64,000 nucleotides of DNA from Eledone cirrhosa (lineage: Eukaryota), in assembly GCA_964016885.1 (NCBI GenBank), contig OZ024742.1, positions 112,530,001 through 112,594,000 of the forward strand, read 5' to 3'. Shown piece by piece: positions 1 to 11,987 of this stretch; position 1 is the stretch's first letter, and every line of letters begins with the position of its first letter. The notes under the pieces are model-generated. The model did not search any database. It saw only the letters and a program-made list of their open reading frames with translations, and was not told the DNA's origin. The position numbers and the translations under genes are program-made.

Positions 1-74
1 GGTCGATGAAATAAAGTACCAGTAATATACTGGGTTATTTTCTTGGCCTTGTGCCAAATGTAGAAACAATTATT
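1..74 (+). mobile_element. SINE 3' fragment (tRNA-headed SINE family, truncated by window edge)
   Basis: GGTCGATGAAATAAAGTACCAGTAAT...CTGGG...GGCCTTGTGCC...TAGAAACAATTATT matches the 3' half of the copies at 4934-5125 and 5531-5716. Confidence 0.75.
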
Positions 75-294
75 TTTACCCCCAAATCGGGTATGTAATA
101 CATTTTGTTGGGTTTAGGATTTTAGATACATGACAAGATCTTTAACGAGTATAGAGTGGGAGCCTAGATTTGAATGACGAAAATCACCAATTTGATTGGA
201 CAAGCATTCGATACAGATTACTTTTTGGTGTATATATATTACTGTTATTCTATCAAATCCATTATAAAATATATTATTATTTAAGTGGAAGTAT

Positions 295-511
295 GGCAGT
301 GGATTGGCTGTATCGGTAGAGGATCGGACACCATTATTTGAAGCATAGAGTTATGGTCCTTTAGGATCTGAGTTTAACTTTGGTTAACTTTGCCTTTCAT
401 ACTTACGGGGTCCATCAAATAAAGCATCAGTAATGCACTCGGGTCGATTTAATTGATTGTTACCTTCCCGTCAAAATTACAGGCCCTGTACCTAAAGTGG
501 GAATCATTATT
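295..511 (+). mobile_element. SINE, diverged full-length copy
   Basis: Head TGGCTGTATCGGTAGA (A-box-like), CTGAGTTTAACT (degenerate B-box), central CTTTGCCTTTCAT..TTACGGGGTC..AAATAAAG..CAGTAATGCACT, A/T-rich tail; aligns with 4934-5125. Confidence 0.75.
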
Positions 512-526
512 TAAGCGGAAGTAGAG

Positions 527-590
527 TGGTGGATTGGCAGTGTCGGTAGATCATCGGATTCATGCTTTGTGCTCTGAGTTCGAATCCTGT
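527..590 (+). mobile_element. SINE 5' head fragment
   Basis: GGATTGGCAGTGTCGGTAGA...CTGAGTTCGAATCC: A-box-like and B-box (GTTCGAATC) motifs shared with the other SINE copies. Confidence 0.6.
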
Positions 591-1951
591 ATATCTTATG
601 TATGCATGTATGTATTAGTGGGTCAGTGTGTGAACTTTATGTATTGAGCCTATGTAATTCAGCGGAGGATGTCAACTTTGGCTGATAAGCAGCTATTATC
701 GATGGACGTCCATAAAACCGCCTAGGAGACATTTTCCTTGATACTCATCTCGAGAAAATACAGAAAACCAGTGTTGAGATTATTTAGAATGTGTAATTAA
801 AACGCAATATATCCCTGTTTGCATTATGAAATAACAGGAAAATCAATAATTAATTTTGGACACCATCACTTACCTCCATATATATTAATTAAAAGTAAAC
901 TGTGGCATTTGGCGTATGTGATAGTTATACTTCACGATATATTCAATCATTATAGTTTAGTACTTGATTTTAATATTTTTCTTAAAATAATATGCTAAAC
1001 TCACGCACATCATGGCAAGCACAATATGTTTGGTGAAATGATAAAGCGTAACGTTTCTCGTGTATGAGGTCATATATAGTTAAGTACGAGAATGGATAAT
1101 GCTTGCCATTCTTACTTTTATAAATCATCAAAATACAATGCAGGTGTGTGGTTGTGAAAATGTTGATGTCTATATACGAGTGTGTGTCTTGGTTTATGTA
1201 CACCTGAATATTGTTATATGTGTGATTATAATCATGCATTCATATATTTGTATATTGTAAACATGAGAAATGTGCATCGCACAGAATTGGATTTACTATT
1301 GATGTTTTCGTTCATAGAATCTGTTCTATTGTATTATATTTCTGATCCCGAAATATTATTCATATACGTCATGCCGTCTCTTATGAATTAAACAAGAGAT
1401 TTGGAAGTTTGATTTTATTTCAGACATCGTGCTATTGTGAGACGTAAGTTTTATATCTTCTAAATCAACAAGCAGTAATCAAACCGATGCATATAAAGTT
1501 AATAACGTGATCATGTCAAGCAAGTTAATTTTAATTTACATCAAATATAGGACAAGGCATAGCAATTTCAATTTTGGATTTGTTTTTTATCATTTTGAGA
1601 TTACTTGCATAATCACATTAAAATTTTAATCATTTTCTTCAATGAATTCTATTGTCATGCTTATTATATTTTTAGAGTAATTGCATCCAACTAACGCCGA
1701 AAGCAGTAGATATCGTTGTTGTTGATGATTATTATGATGATGTGCTTGCTGTTGTTACTGTTTCTGTCGTGGATATTGTTGCTGGTGTTGATCTTATTTG
1801 TCCCATATTACCCCTGACTAAGGACACCAATTAGTAAAGTAACTAATCCGTAGAGGTAGCTAAAGAATGCTATATATATATATATGTATGTATGTATGTA
1901 AAAGTTTAACAGAAATAAGAACATAGTCGGCTTGAAATAGCAGGAATAGGG

Positions 1952-1987
1952 TCTTAATGTTTCGGGCGCAAGTCCTTCTTCAGAAGA
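1952..1987 (-). ncRNA. Degenerate minimal type-I hammerhead ribozyme in a PLE end fragment
   Basis: Minus strand TCTT-CTGAAGA-AGGACTTGCGCCC-GAAA-CA-TT-AAGA. Core CUGAAGA/GAAA, stem I UCUU/AAGA; stem III probably ACGU decayed by CpG loss. An ~80-nt tail then ends in (TA)n. Confidence 0.5.
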
Positions 1988-2104
1988 AAGAATGATAAAT
2001 GAGATATATTGAAGGGGCGGGCGGGGTGTACTTGGAAAAAATGTTGACATCTCATGTTGCCATCTCATATATATATATAAATATATATAAGTGGTTATTG
2101 TTAT

Positions 2105-2239
2105 CTTCTTCTTCTTCTTCTTCTTCTTCTTCTTCTTCTTCTTCTTCTTCTTCTTCTTCTTCTTCTTCTTCTTCTTCTTCTTCTTCTTCTTCTTCTTCTT
2201 CTTCTTCTTCTTCTTCTTCTTCTTCTTCTTCTTCTTCTT
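2105..2239. repeat. (TTC)n/(GAA)n microsatellite
   Basis: Pure trinucleotide run; source of the poly-S/E/R ORFs. Confidence 0.98.
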
Positions 2240-3466
2240 TCTCTCCTAGGAATAGTTCCCTTATCACCGTACGTGCTTGGGAATGGGTACTGCTCTCTTA
2301 AATATGCCAAACATGGGCCAATGTTACGATTTTATTAGGTGTTATGGGGTCAGTGACACTGACATTGAAAACGTAGAATGAGTGATATATAAGTTTAATG
2401 ATAATGTTTCAGAGATACATTTGGCTACCGAAATGATAGTGAACGCAACTATGTTAATCCTAATTTGAAGCGGTTGGTGTCATTAAGTGCATACACTTTA
2501 CTCTACTCATTTATTTGTGCCCATGCAATTTATTCTACATGTATATAAATAATGCTTTATGTTCCCTCTCGACACACATGAATTAACAATCAAACACCTC
2601 CTGTAACAATTTTCTGCCTTCGTAAATCAAAGAAAACTCATATTGTGCAATATAGACGAAATTCAGATAGAAAAATAATGATGGTGATCTTCAGGTATTC
2701 TTGATAAGCACTGAATTAGTCTAAAGGAAAACAGCACCAAACTTTCAATTTTCTTGAACATCAAGGAGGCAGGTTACATATTTGCTAAAGCAGGTGACAA
2801 TCGTTTCTGCTTACAGCTTTTTATTGACGGCGCTATTATCAGGGAATTCAACTTTTGTAATTTTAGAAATGGATATGGTGATTTTAAAGCGTATCCTTGA
2901 ACAGGAAGTTGTGCGGTTATTTGCTCGATATGGCACTACACACAGTGAGAATTGCTAACGTAATTTTCCATCTCAGATTAAGACTTTTGTTTCAGATCTG
3001 GTATCAAGAAACATAGCGTACTTTTACGAGTTACAATTTTCTACTGTATTCTACATTCAGGCTTTAAGGTTGACTGGTGTATTAATCAGCAGGGTATTAT
3101 TTCCAATTTCAAGACACAAACGGCGTAATGATTCCTTCTACCTACATCTAAATAGATACTACAGGGAGTTCAATTTAATAATCAAGGGCTAAATTTCGGT
3201 ACGAAATTTGACAAGTTATTTGTTTATGAGAATTAAATATCTATTCATATCTCAATTTCAATGGTATCTCACAAGAAATCGAGATTCATTTCTGATCATT
3301 ATATAAATCAAATCTAAATATTGATGCGGAGAATTTTGAATTAATAAAGAGATACTGGATAAATGCAGAAAACAACACTGTTTAAAAAGTCAGAAGTCGT
3401 TATAATATATTTGATTCGTACAAAAAATAAAAAATAAATTATCGCTAGTTATCGAATAGTTATGAT

Positions 3467-3516
<50 letters not shown>

Positions 3517-3900
3517 CATATATCTTATACGGACGTCACCGGATTCATTCCAGCGACGTATGGGTATGACCACTCACTTGGGGTGTAAAATACTTGCATC
3601 AGTGAAACTGCATTTTGAAATACAACGTGCACACATTATAGTTAGTTTCAGAGAGTTATTGAAGTGTAAAGACACCTCGATATATATTTCCTGGTCGGAT
3701 ATCATTTCTATGCAATACTCTATCTATATTGTTATTAAAATTATTTGCAGAGAATTGGTTACAGACAGCCGATAATAGGCAATCCGTGCGTCACATCTGT
3801 GGATGCCGAAACTCAACATCTGGATCTTTAAAATCTCGGAATCAACCAGTTCAAATATCATATATATATATATACATATATACATAATCCCCCCCCCCCC

Positions 3901-3968
<68 letters not shown>

Positions 3969-4020
3969 ATAGATTAATCATTGCAATATCTGGGCTTCAG
4001 GCATATATATATATACCCTG

Positions 4021-4284
4021 TTTATAAAGAAATACGGTATGTTTATAATTAAACATTTAGAAAGCCGTGGCTATGAATAACACACTGTCAAGTAACGCCA
4101 CCAGGCGGTGGCCGGTCGATGCATTTCGAACACAACCGGTACTCGTCAGGACGATCTATTCCGCTTTTGCATCTGCCGGACTTATATAGGCGAAGATATA
4201 TAGTTTTTAGTCTGTGTAAATGAGACGATTAAAGACATGGCATTCTAAATGTTTATTTATTAATATAACGTATTTCTTTAGAAA
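4021..4284. mobile_element. Small inverted-repeat PLE-end remnant enclosing a hammerhead motif
   Basis: 4021-4070 is the imperfect reverse complement of 4231-4284; HHR motif lies between the arms. Confidence 0.55.
4115..4152 (-). ncRNA. Minimal type-I hammerhead ribozyme motif
   Basis: Minus strand GTC-CTGACGA-GTACCGGTTGTGTTC-GAAA-TGCA-TC-GAC. Intact core, palindromic stem III (AUGCAU), AUC cleavage triplet, 3-bp stem I, weak stem II. Confidence 0.55.
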
Positions 4285-4933
4285 TCCGAAATTCCAATAT
4301 ATATTTGTATATAGCTATGTTCGAAGTTAAATTTTAATCCTATTTTATTATAAGTTGAGCCAACATATACAGCTTCATATGCAAATGATATTAATCACCT
4401 CATCTACAGTTGTGAAAAAAACATTCTTGTCCATGCTTATCAACCAGCAACCTAATCTTTGATTGAACTCTATTTAGAAACATATAATACCAGTGCACAT
4501 TAATTTCCAGCTGAAACACAGTTATAATTCTCAACTTAATTTTCCTGCGAGTAAAATAAAGATTATTGCATAGAAAATGACGCCATTTGCCATCAATTCA
4601 CTATATAGAAGCTCATATTAAATAGTTATTGCTTTTTATTCAGTAACAAAATCAGAATACTAATCATATTCTGATTAGAATGCTAAGATTGTGCAGGTGT
4701 AAAGGGATAAATTAAAGCAGTACTTAATCACTTGAACGCTTCCAATGCAAAAGTTATATCATACACTTCCAGGTAAATACACATGCAACAATGATTTGTA
4801 AGAATTGAATGTAAATCGCCAATTAATCTTACACTATTAACAGTGAAATTTCTATGCATTATATTCGGTAAATATCAAAGTCTGCAGATAGAAACAGTAA
4901 GTGTACATGAAACAATCATTATTTTTCTGATTG

Positions 4934-5125
4934 AGGGTGGTGGATTGGCAGTATCGGTAGAGGGTCGGACGCCATGCTTTCCAGCATAGTTACGTCCCTT
5001 TACGATCTGAGTTCAAATCCCGCCGAGGTTGACTTTGCCTTTCATCCTTACGGGGTCGATAAAATAAAGTACCAGTAATGCACTGGGTAATTGCTGGCCT
5101 TGTGCCTAAAGTAGAAACAATTATT
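4934..5125 (+). mobile_element. SINE, well-preserved copy (tRNA-derived head plus conserved central domain)
   Basis: A-box-like TGGCAGTATCGGTAGA, B-box GAGTTCAAATCCC, central GGTTGACTTTGCCTTTCATCCTTACGGGGTCGATAAAATAAAGTACCAG, tail GTAGAAACAATTATT. Confidence 0.85.
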
Positions 5126-5326
5126 TTTCTGATTTAGGCATAAGTCAAACAATTTTGGGCGAGGGGGAAGTCGATTAAATTGACCCAAGTGCGTTACTGT
5201 TACTTTATTTTATCGACCCCGTAAGGATGAAAGGCAAGGTTAATCTCGGCGGGGTTTGATCTCATAAGGTAAAGGGCCGTAACTCTATTTAGCAAAGCAT
5301 GTTCTTCGACGCTGTAACGATACTGA
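5126..5326 (-). mobile_element. SINE, tail-to-tail with the preceding copy
   Basis: Plus-strand TTTATTTTATCGACCCCGTAAGGATGAAAGGCAAGGTTAATCTCGGCGGG is the reverse complement of the SINE central domain. Confidence 0.8.
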
Positions 5327-5530
5327 ATACTATTTTTTTTAGATTGATTCGAGATATAGAGATTTTGGCAATGGTTATATACTCCTCCACAAAAAAAAGG
5401 ACACTGAGACATATTTGTCTAGTGTTTTCTAAGAAACAATATGAGGTTAACTAAAGCCTTGTGAATCAAATTTACAATGGAATTGTGCAGGGTCTCGTCG
5501 TATGTCTCTATATATCTATCCATCTATCGT

Positions 5531-5716
5531 TTGGCAGTATGGGTAGAGCATCAGCCACCATGCTTTGCCGCATAGTTATGACCCTTGACCCTTTACGTTC
5601 TGAGTTAAAATCCCGCCAAGGTTAACTTTGCATTTCATCCTTGCGGGCCGATAAGATAAAGTACCAGTAATGCACTGGGATAATTGCTGGACATGTGCCA
5701 ATAGTAGAACCATTAT
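5531..5716 (+). mobile_element. SINE copy
   Basis: TTGGCAGTATGGGTAGAG...CTGAGTTAAAATCCCGCC...CTTTGCATTTCATCC...ATAAAGTACCAGTAATGCACTGGG. Confidence 0.8.
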
Positions 5717-6139
5717 CCGCCCTTGTGGCAAATAAAGAAACCTGTCTACCTATCGATTTATCTATCTACAGACATACACACGCACACACATACACACACA
5801 CACACACATACACATATAATTCAAGAGATTAGCCTTGTCCGACATTGTCACGCTAAGGATTTACGTGTCTGTGGAATGTATAAGTATATGTGTTTTTATA
5901 TGTGTATATATATATATATTGTAGAAATCCTCTAACGAAACGGCCGTCTGGAAGGAAAGAGATATTTATTTAATAATGTCTCATATAAAATCATACAACA
6001 ACCTATCCACGAAATACTGATTAGTTAGCACCCCAACACTAAATTGGGATATACGTAGGTATATCCTAATGTTTGTTGAGTGAGATGGAGTTAGTCGGCG
6101 TATCGCTTAAGGATTTCTCTGTTTATGTATTGTATATAT

Positions 6140-6165
6140 AAGCATCTTAGCTATCATCAGACACA

Positions 6166-6244
<79 letters not shown>

Positions 6245-6286
6245 AATATATATATATGCATGTGTCTGATGATAGCTAAGATGCTT
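6140..6286. repeat. Perfect ~30-bp inverted repeat flanking a (TA)n tract; arms contain a truncated HHR 5' half
   Basis: AAGCATCTTAGCTATCATCAGACACATGCAT...(TA)n...ATGCATGTGTCTGATGATAGCTAAGATGCTT. CTGATGA-TAGCTAAGATGCTT resembles the HHR at 46549-46593 but lacks GAAA. Confidence 0.8.
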
Positions 6287-6384
6287 CCGTAGACGGTATG
6301 CCGGTTGAGAACTCTATGCTCTTACAGAGTAGAGTATGATAGAATAGAAAACGAATGCATCACTGATTCTTCATTTCCTATTCT

Positions 6385-6470
<86 letters not shown>

Positions 6471-6489
6471 ATCTATGTGTGTATATTTA

Positions 6490-6555
<66 letters not shown>

Positions 6556-6914
6556 GGAAAACGAAGAATCAGTGATGCATCGGAACTCAATCTTTTACGT
6601 ATTACAATTGTTTTTCCGGCGAACAGCTCGAGATGCGATCCTGTTTGTGGATCGAACCTGACTCTGGATTCTCAAGTCCCTCATATACGTCTAGTGATTT
6701 CGAAGCAAATTTTCTTTCTACAGTGTTCGGAACTTTCGAGTCTATATCATCCGCCTTCATGCTATTTGCGCGTCCTTAGATTGGTCAATGGTTTGTGATG
6801 TCATCATAGTTAATGACCACTGAAATCTCCCCACTGGCCATCTCATAGAGGCGTGAGCTGTCACTCACCCCAATCCCATCTGTAAAATTACTGCTGTGTG
6901 TATATACCCCCCCC

Positions 6915-6963
<49 letters not shown>

Positions 6964-7491
6964 TGTAACTGTACTGGCATTGATGTGCGTGTATGTTTAC
7001 ATGTAGGTAAATATTATGTATGAGGGCATTTTCACCACACCTTCCAAACCAACAACAACACACCGCTCTCCCAACGAAATGTTTAGACACTTACTACCTT
7101 TATTGTTATTTTTTCTCTAAAGACCACAACAGTAGATATTACTTTCTATCAAAAAGAAGAAAAAATCTAACATTCACTAACTTGTTATCGTATTTCTTCA
7201 CCAAGGTCAATTCAGGTAAAACTAACCATATCAACACCTCCAAATACCACTCTCAATTAATCATCTTGATTTTCTTTTTGTTTTCAGTTTCATATCATCT
7301 AAACGCATCTGTTTGACACCTCATTAACGCTTCCCCAGACACGCACCCACATTCGCTATCTGTATATATACACCAACAACATATTAAACATTCATTGACT
7401 CCGTTTCACCAAAGGTCTCTAACGAAAACTTGATCTGTATGATGCTATTTTACAACCCCTTCCAAACCAACAACAACAAATACATAATGGT

Positions 7492-7609
7492 CTTCTTCTT
7501 CTTCTTCTTCTTCTTCTTCTTCTTCTTCTTCTTCTTCTTCTTCTTCTTCTTCTTCTTCTTCTTCTTCTTCTTCTTCTTCTTCTTCTTCTTCTTCTTCTTC
7601 TTCTTCTTC
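7492..7609. repeat. (TTC)n/(GAA)n microsatellite, probable 3' tail of the adjacent RTE LINE
   Basis: Pure run directly downstream (minus strand) of the RT fragment at 7610-8060. Confidence 0.9.
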
Positions 7610-8060
7610 CTTGGAGAAATAGCGGCTGTACATGGAAACATTCTCTGTTGTCCAAGCTACGCAAGATTCGTGACCATATGTAAGGGTTGGCAAGAATGCT
7701 GAATTGAAGATGGTGAGTTTGGCTTTTACGCCTACCTCCCTTCTTCTGATTACCGAATGCCGAATCTGGCGCATTTCTGCACCAGCTCCTGCAATTTCTG
7801 CATTTTATTCAGCCTTCTGCATTCAATCCCTCGTGCACACGGCCCCGAGATACTTGAACATCTCTACCTGCTTCAGAGGAAATCTAGTTACCTGTAGAGT
7901 GCGCTGCGCAGGATTCCTTGAGAGTAGGATCGTCTCAGTTTTTGCAGCACTGATTTTTATTCTAACCATTCAGAACTTGGGATTAAACCTAGAGATTGGA
8001 TGTCAGAAATCCCCCTCTGTCGTGTTAAGTAACGCCATTTCGTCTGTAAGGAAATAACTT
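7610..8060 (-). mobile_element. RTE-clade LINE fragment (RT C-terminal region)
   Basis: Minus-strand peptides KISAAKTETIL, LKQVEMFKYLG and KAKLTIFNSAFLPTLTYGHESC are typical RTE RT thumb motifs (KxNxxKT, FKYLG, LxYGxE). Confidence 0.75.
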
Positions 8061-8559
8061 CTAACCCGGCTGCGCATATCCTTTCATGCAAATAATGAAT
8101 ATACTGCTCTCGGAAAAAAATGTTAATCTCTCATTAAACACTCATTAAATTTGTTTTATATTGATATTTATGTTATTTCTTCACCAAATATTATTTTGGT
8201 AAATCTGACTATCACAGTGTTTCTCTCAACACCAACACCCCTAATACTATTCTCACTAAATGATCTTGATTTTCCTCTCTTTTTTTATTTAATTTTCATC
8301 AAAATATGACATGTACTTTACAACTCATTAACAATTTCCCAGACGCACACCTACTTTTTTTTTTATATATACACCATCAAAATACGACTTTAGCTCAGTT
8401 TGACAATTACAACTGAAGAATACGAGAAGATTCCCCAGAAAGTTAACTAGGATCAATTGTCCACCTATATTAACAAAAGACATATTGCAAATTCGTAAAA
8501 TTGTAAAACTTTGAAATAAATTGTTATAGAAGTGAAGACATTTTTTTTCACATATACCT

Positions 8560-9470
8560 TACAGGGAAAAGGTTCCTACGCATTTTACAATATTTTACGA
8601 TCTTGACCGAGGTAGATTGACTAAGACACGTTGAAAGTATGTTACTGAATACTTCATATCTGAAACAATATTAGAGGAAATGTCATAGGCACTTTCCATA
8701 ATAATAAGTATGATTCTCATAATTATGAGGAAAAGATGGATTCTCTAATTGCAGAGCGCTAGAAACTCAAACAAAACCTCCCATCTGAAACAGTTATACA
8801 CGATCAAAATTCCATCGTACATAATGTGTTCAAAGAATGGAATGAACTTAATCTGGAAAAAGAAGTTTCTTTTTTTAAAAAATCAAATGAGAAAATGTCG
8901 GAGCCAGTTATTGAACCAAAGAAAACAGGTATACTGGAAAGCATTGCAGATTAAAATTATAGCGGACACGTACGAGATAAGGTGAAGAAAGAAACATGTG
9001 ATACTTCCGAAAACATTCCGAATTAAAGAAATAACATCGGAGCCAAACTAAGAGACAAAAATGAGATTGAAGCAAGCACTCCAGGAATTTGAATCTGAAA
9101 TCACCCTCCGCCGGTCGAGACTAGTAAAATTCAAATATAAACTCGAGGAATATAATACCAACATACGTGAAAAGATTAATAAAAGATGCAGCAGCAATAT
9201 TCGTGAACACTCTGACTTATGGAAGACCGATTCAACTAGGGAGAATTAAGATCTAACCAGGTCCTGGATGCAAAAAACACTATGGGAGCAAACATATGAA
9301 GAGCCTATAAGGAAGAACAATGTAAATGCAGGAACCTATCCCATAAGAAACCCTCAAATTCGAGAATATCAAAAACACAACAATACAGATTTCTCACGCA
9401 GTAAACAAACATCAACCAGAGATAAAAGTATCGCTAACGCACAAGTAAACACAGACATAATATAAAAAAA
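8560..9470 (+). mobile_element. Possible degraded N-terminal region of a PLE ORF
   Basis: A-rich coding-like sequence broken by stops; KHVILPKTFRIK (~8990-9027) resembles the PLE N-terminal IPKxxRIK motif. Confidence 0.3.
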
Positions 9471-9489
9471 AAAACAGATCAGGATACAA

Positions 9490-11080
9490 CCCCAGTCAAA
9501 TCCCCCATATTAAGCAGTTCTGGGTGTCAGTTGCTTGATATCTGATTGTACTTTGTCAACCGTCAATTGAATGCTAATTCAGGTATCTCCAGCCTTTACG
9601 GAATAGCAGAGTGTATACCTTCATCTACCCTTGACTCAGTGTTTACGACCTTTTCAAAGTATTTCTTCCAAGGTATCTGATTCTTATTTGTGACTAGGAT
9701 TGTACCGTGAGAAAATGTCAAACCACTCCTGGGGATTTCTCATAGGACATACGGTGGTTTATACGTAGGTTGCATAGATGGCATATTTGAGAGTTTTCTA
9801 GGAACCTACAATATCATTAAAAATCTCACCAGAATCAATGGTTGAGTTATGCTTTTCTGAAAGCTCTAGCCTACTATCCGTGGATCTCAAAGCATCCTCA
9901 TCAACCTTGGATGAGATGGGTGACTTTTGAAGAGGCTTTTTAGTGCGAAGATTGCAAACGGACTGGTGAGCAGTGCGTAATCCGAGAGAAAGTTAGAGAA
10001 GTGAAAAGAACGAGTGTTTTTTTAAAAATCATTTGTATGTGATGCCATAGTCAACCCTGTGCTAATCCCTTGATAAAGCATGCATCCATGTTGAAGCAGC
10101 CTACACATATATCTGTTCATATCTCCGACTCTATTAAACCGAAGAACGACATCCCGTGTTTGATTGACATTGCTATATCTAGCGTTGAAGCTCCGCTTTA
10201 TCACAAAATGTTTCTTGCAGACAATAGTAGAGAACATAGTGAAGCTGGTTATAAATTGTTATGATATCCTTCTCAGATGAATAAAGAGAAGTGGGGTAAA
10301 ACCTCACTAGTGTAACGTATTTGCTAGACGCAGAGAATGAGTCACGAAACGGTCACTGACACCTTTGAGGAATGATATTAGGGATCTATCAATGTCAGAC
10401 CTAATGATAAATCCAACATCAAAAGGATGATGGATTCTTCAGTTTTTCTTGTTCAAAAATATGTTCCATTTTACTTCTCGTACTGATAGCGATGTTACAT
10501 CTGTTGACTCCATTGATGATGAGGGATAATATTCGTCAAAGACATGAACTGCTATCCCTGAGCATGCACGTGTGTCAGGAAGCAAACTATAAGATTAAAT
10601 ACTTTGTTTAATATCTACCACATATATAGATAACCAAACAGCTCCGGTGTACTCTCGGGTCAAACGATTCAGCTATTATTTTTTGCTTAGAGCTCCTTTT
10701 ACCATACCCGCCTTCTGTAGGGAAAGCAGTAGTATGACTACAACAAACTATTTCGAACCATCAGGGAATATAAACGACACACATTGCTTATATTTTGTGA
10801 GGCTATCACAATGTTGGTTATCCCAATGTAGAGCTCCAGCTAAGGCATTCCAGTAATACGCGTTAATTTTCCCCGCCACCATTGCTCTCACGCTAGTGGG
10901 CTTTCTGTTAAGGCTGCGATATACACAGAACTGGTAGAGCTCTTGTGGTGAAGAACGCCTGTGTTGGACCAACCATACTTTCTGTAAACAAAGGATTGGT
11001 GCAAACGTTTGCCACGAACCAAGTGAACAACACCATTCAGCAATTGGATGGTCATTGACACTCGAGAATTCCTCCGCTCT
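9490..11080 (-). mobile_element. Degraded RTE/BovB-like LINE (5' region, APE and linker)
   Basis: Minus-strand GTILVTNKNQIPWKKYFEKVVNTESRVDEG (~9610-9710) matches the RTE linker (G.lltdk..il.rW.ehF..lLN); heavily interrupted, boundaries approximate. Confidence 0.5.
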
Positions 11081-11153
11081 TCAATATATATATATATATA
11101 TATATAGTAATAATAAATGTGAAGAATAGAATCCGAATAGGGCTCAATAATGA

Positions 11154-11237
<84 letters not shown>

Positions 11238-11242
<5 letters not shown>

Positions 11243-11675
11243 TTCAAAATATTAACAAGTATAGACATTCGTGTGGTCAAGTATATTTTATTATACATAT
11301 TTCAGATGTACTGAGCTATCTTCAACATTACGTCCTCATCAGATTAAATAAGATGATGATTGACATACCTTGACTAAGTAGATGGTTAACATTCTGTCAT
11401 GGCAAAATTAATTTTAACCATGACGGAATTTTAACCATCTACTTAGACAAGGTATGTCAAACAACATCTTATTTTATCTGATGAGGACGTACTGTTGAAG
11501 ATAGCTCAGTACCTCTGAAATATTTATAATAAGATATACTTGATCACACGAAGGTATATATTTGTTAATATTTTGAATTAATATTAATAACTCCGGAAAA
11601 CCATCGCTGTGGAGTGCTTCTAATCTTTTGTAAAACGTTATTCATTGATTTATTCATTGAACCTTATTTAACCTT

Positions 11676-11680
<5 letters not shown>
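11238..11680 (+). mobile_element. PLE terminal hairpin-plus-tail element in (TA)n
   Basis: Inverted arms 11238-11402 and 11418-11582, unique tail 11583-11680, (TA)n on both sides; each arm carries a HHR. Confidence 0.8.
11470..11536 (+). ncRNA. Type-I hammerhead ribozyme (mirror copy at 11284-11350, minus strand)
   Basis: TATTTTAT-CTGATGA-GGACGTACTG(loop)CAGTACCTCT-GAAA-TATTTA-TA-ATAAGATA: 8-bp stem I, ~10-bp stem II, 2-bp stem III, AUA triplet. Confidence 0.75.
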
Positions 11681-11722
<42 letters not shown>

Positions 11723-11875
11723 AATATGTATAAATCAGTAGAACAAATACTTATTATAATAAGAGATTAAAGTTTAAGTGAAGAATCGCTGGTTTCAATT
11801 TAATATGTTCGTATTATATATACACACATATATATATATATACGTATATATATTATATTATATATATATATATAT

Positions 11876-11987
<112 letters not shown>

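Noticed and set aside
683-730. CTGATAAGCAG... possible hammerhead
   Set aside because: Unpaired C3/A8, no GAAA after the putative stem II and no stem I.
2640-3400. Non-repetitive island as possible exons
   Set aside because: No open frame with convincing splice sites or recognisable protein motif on either strand.
3765-3825. GGCAATCC...GGATGCC-GAAA hairpin resembling HHR stem II
   Set aside because: The upstream core reads CCGATAATA and stem III does not pair; at best a dead relic.
4934-5025. tRNA gene
   Set aside because: A/B-box-like motifs are present, but there is no cloverleaf and the sequence continues into a SINE body.
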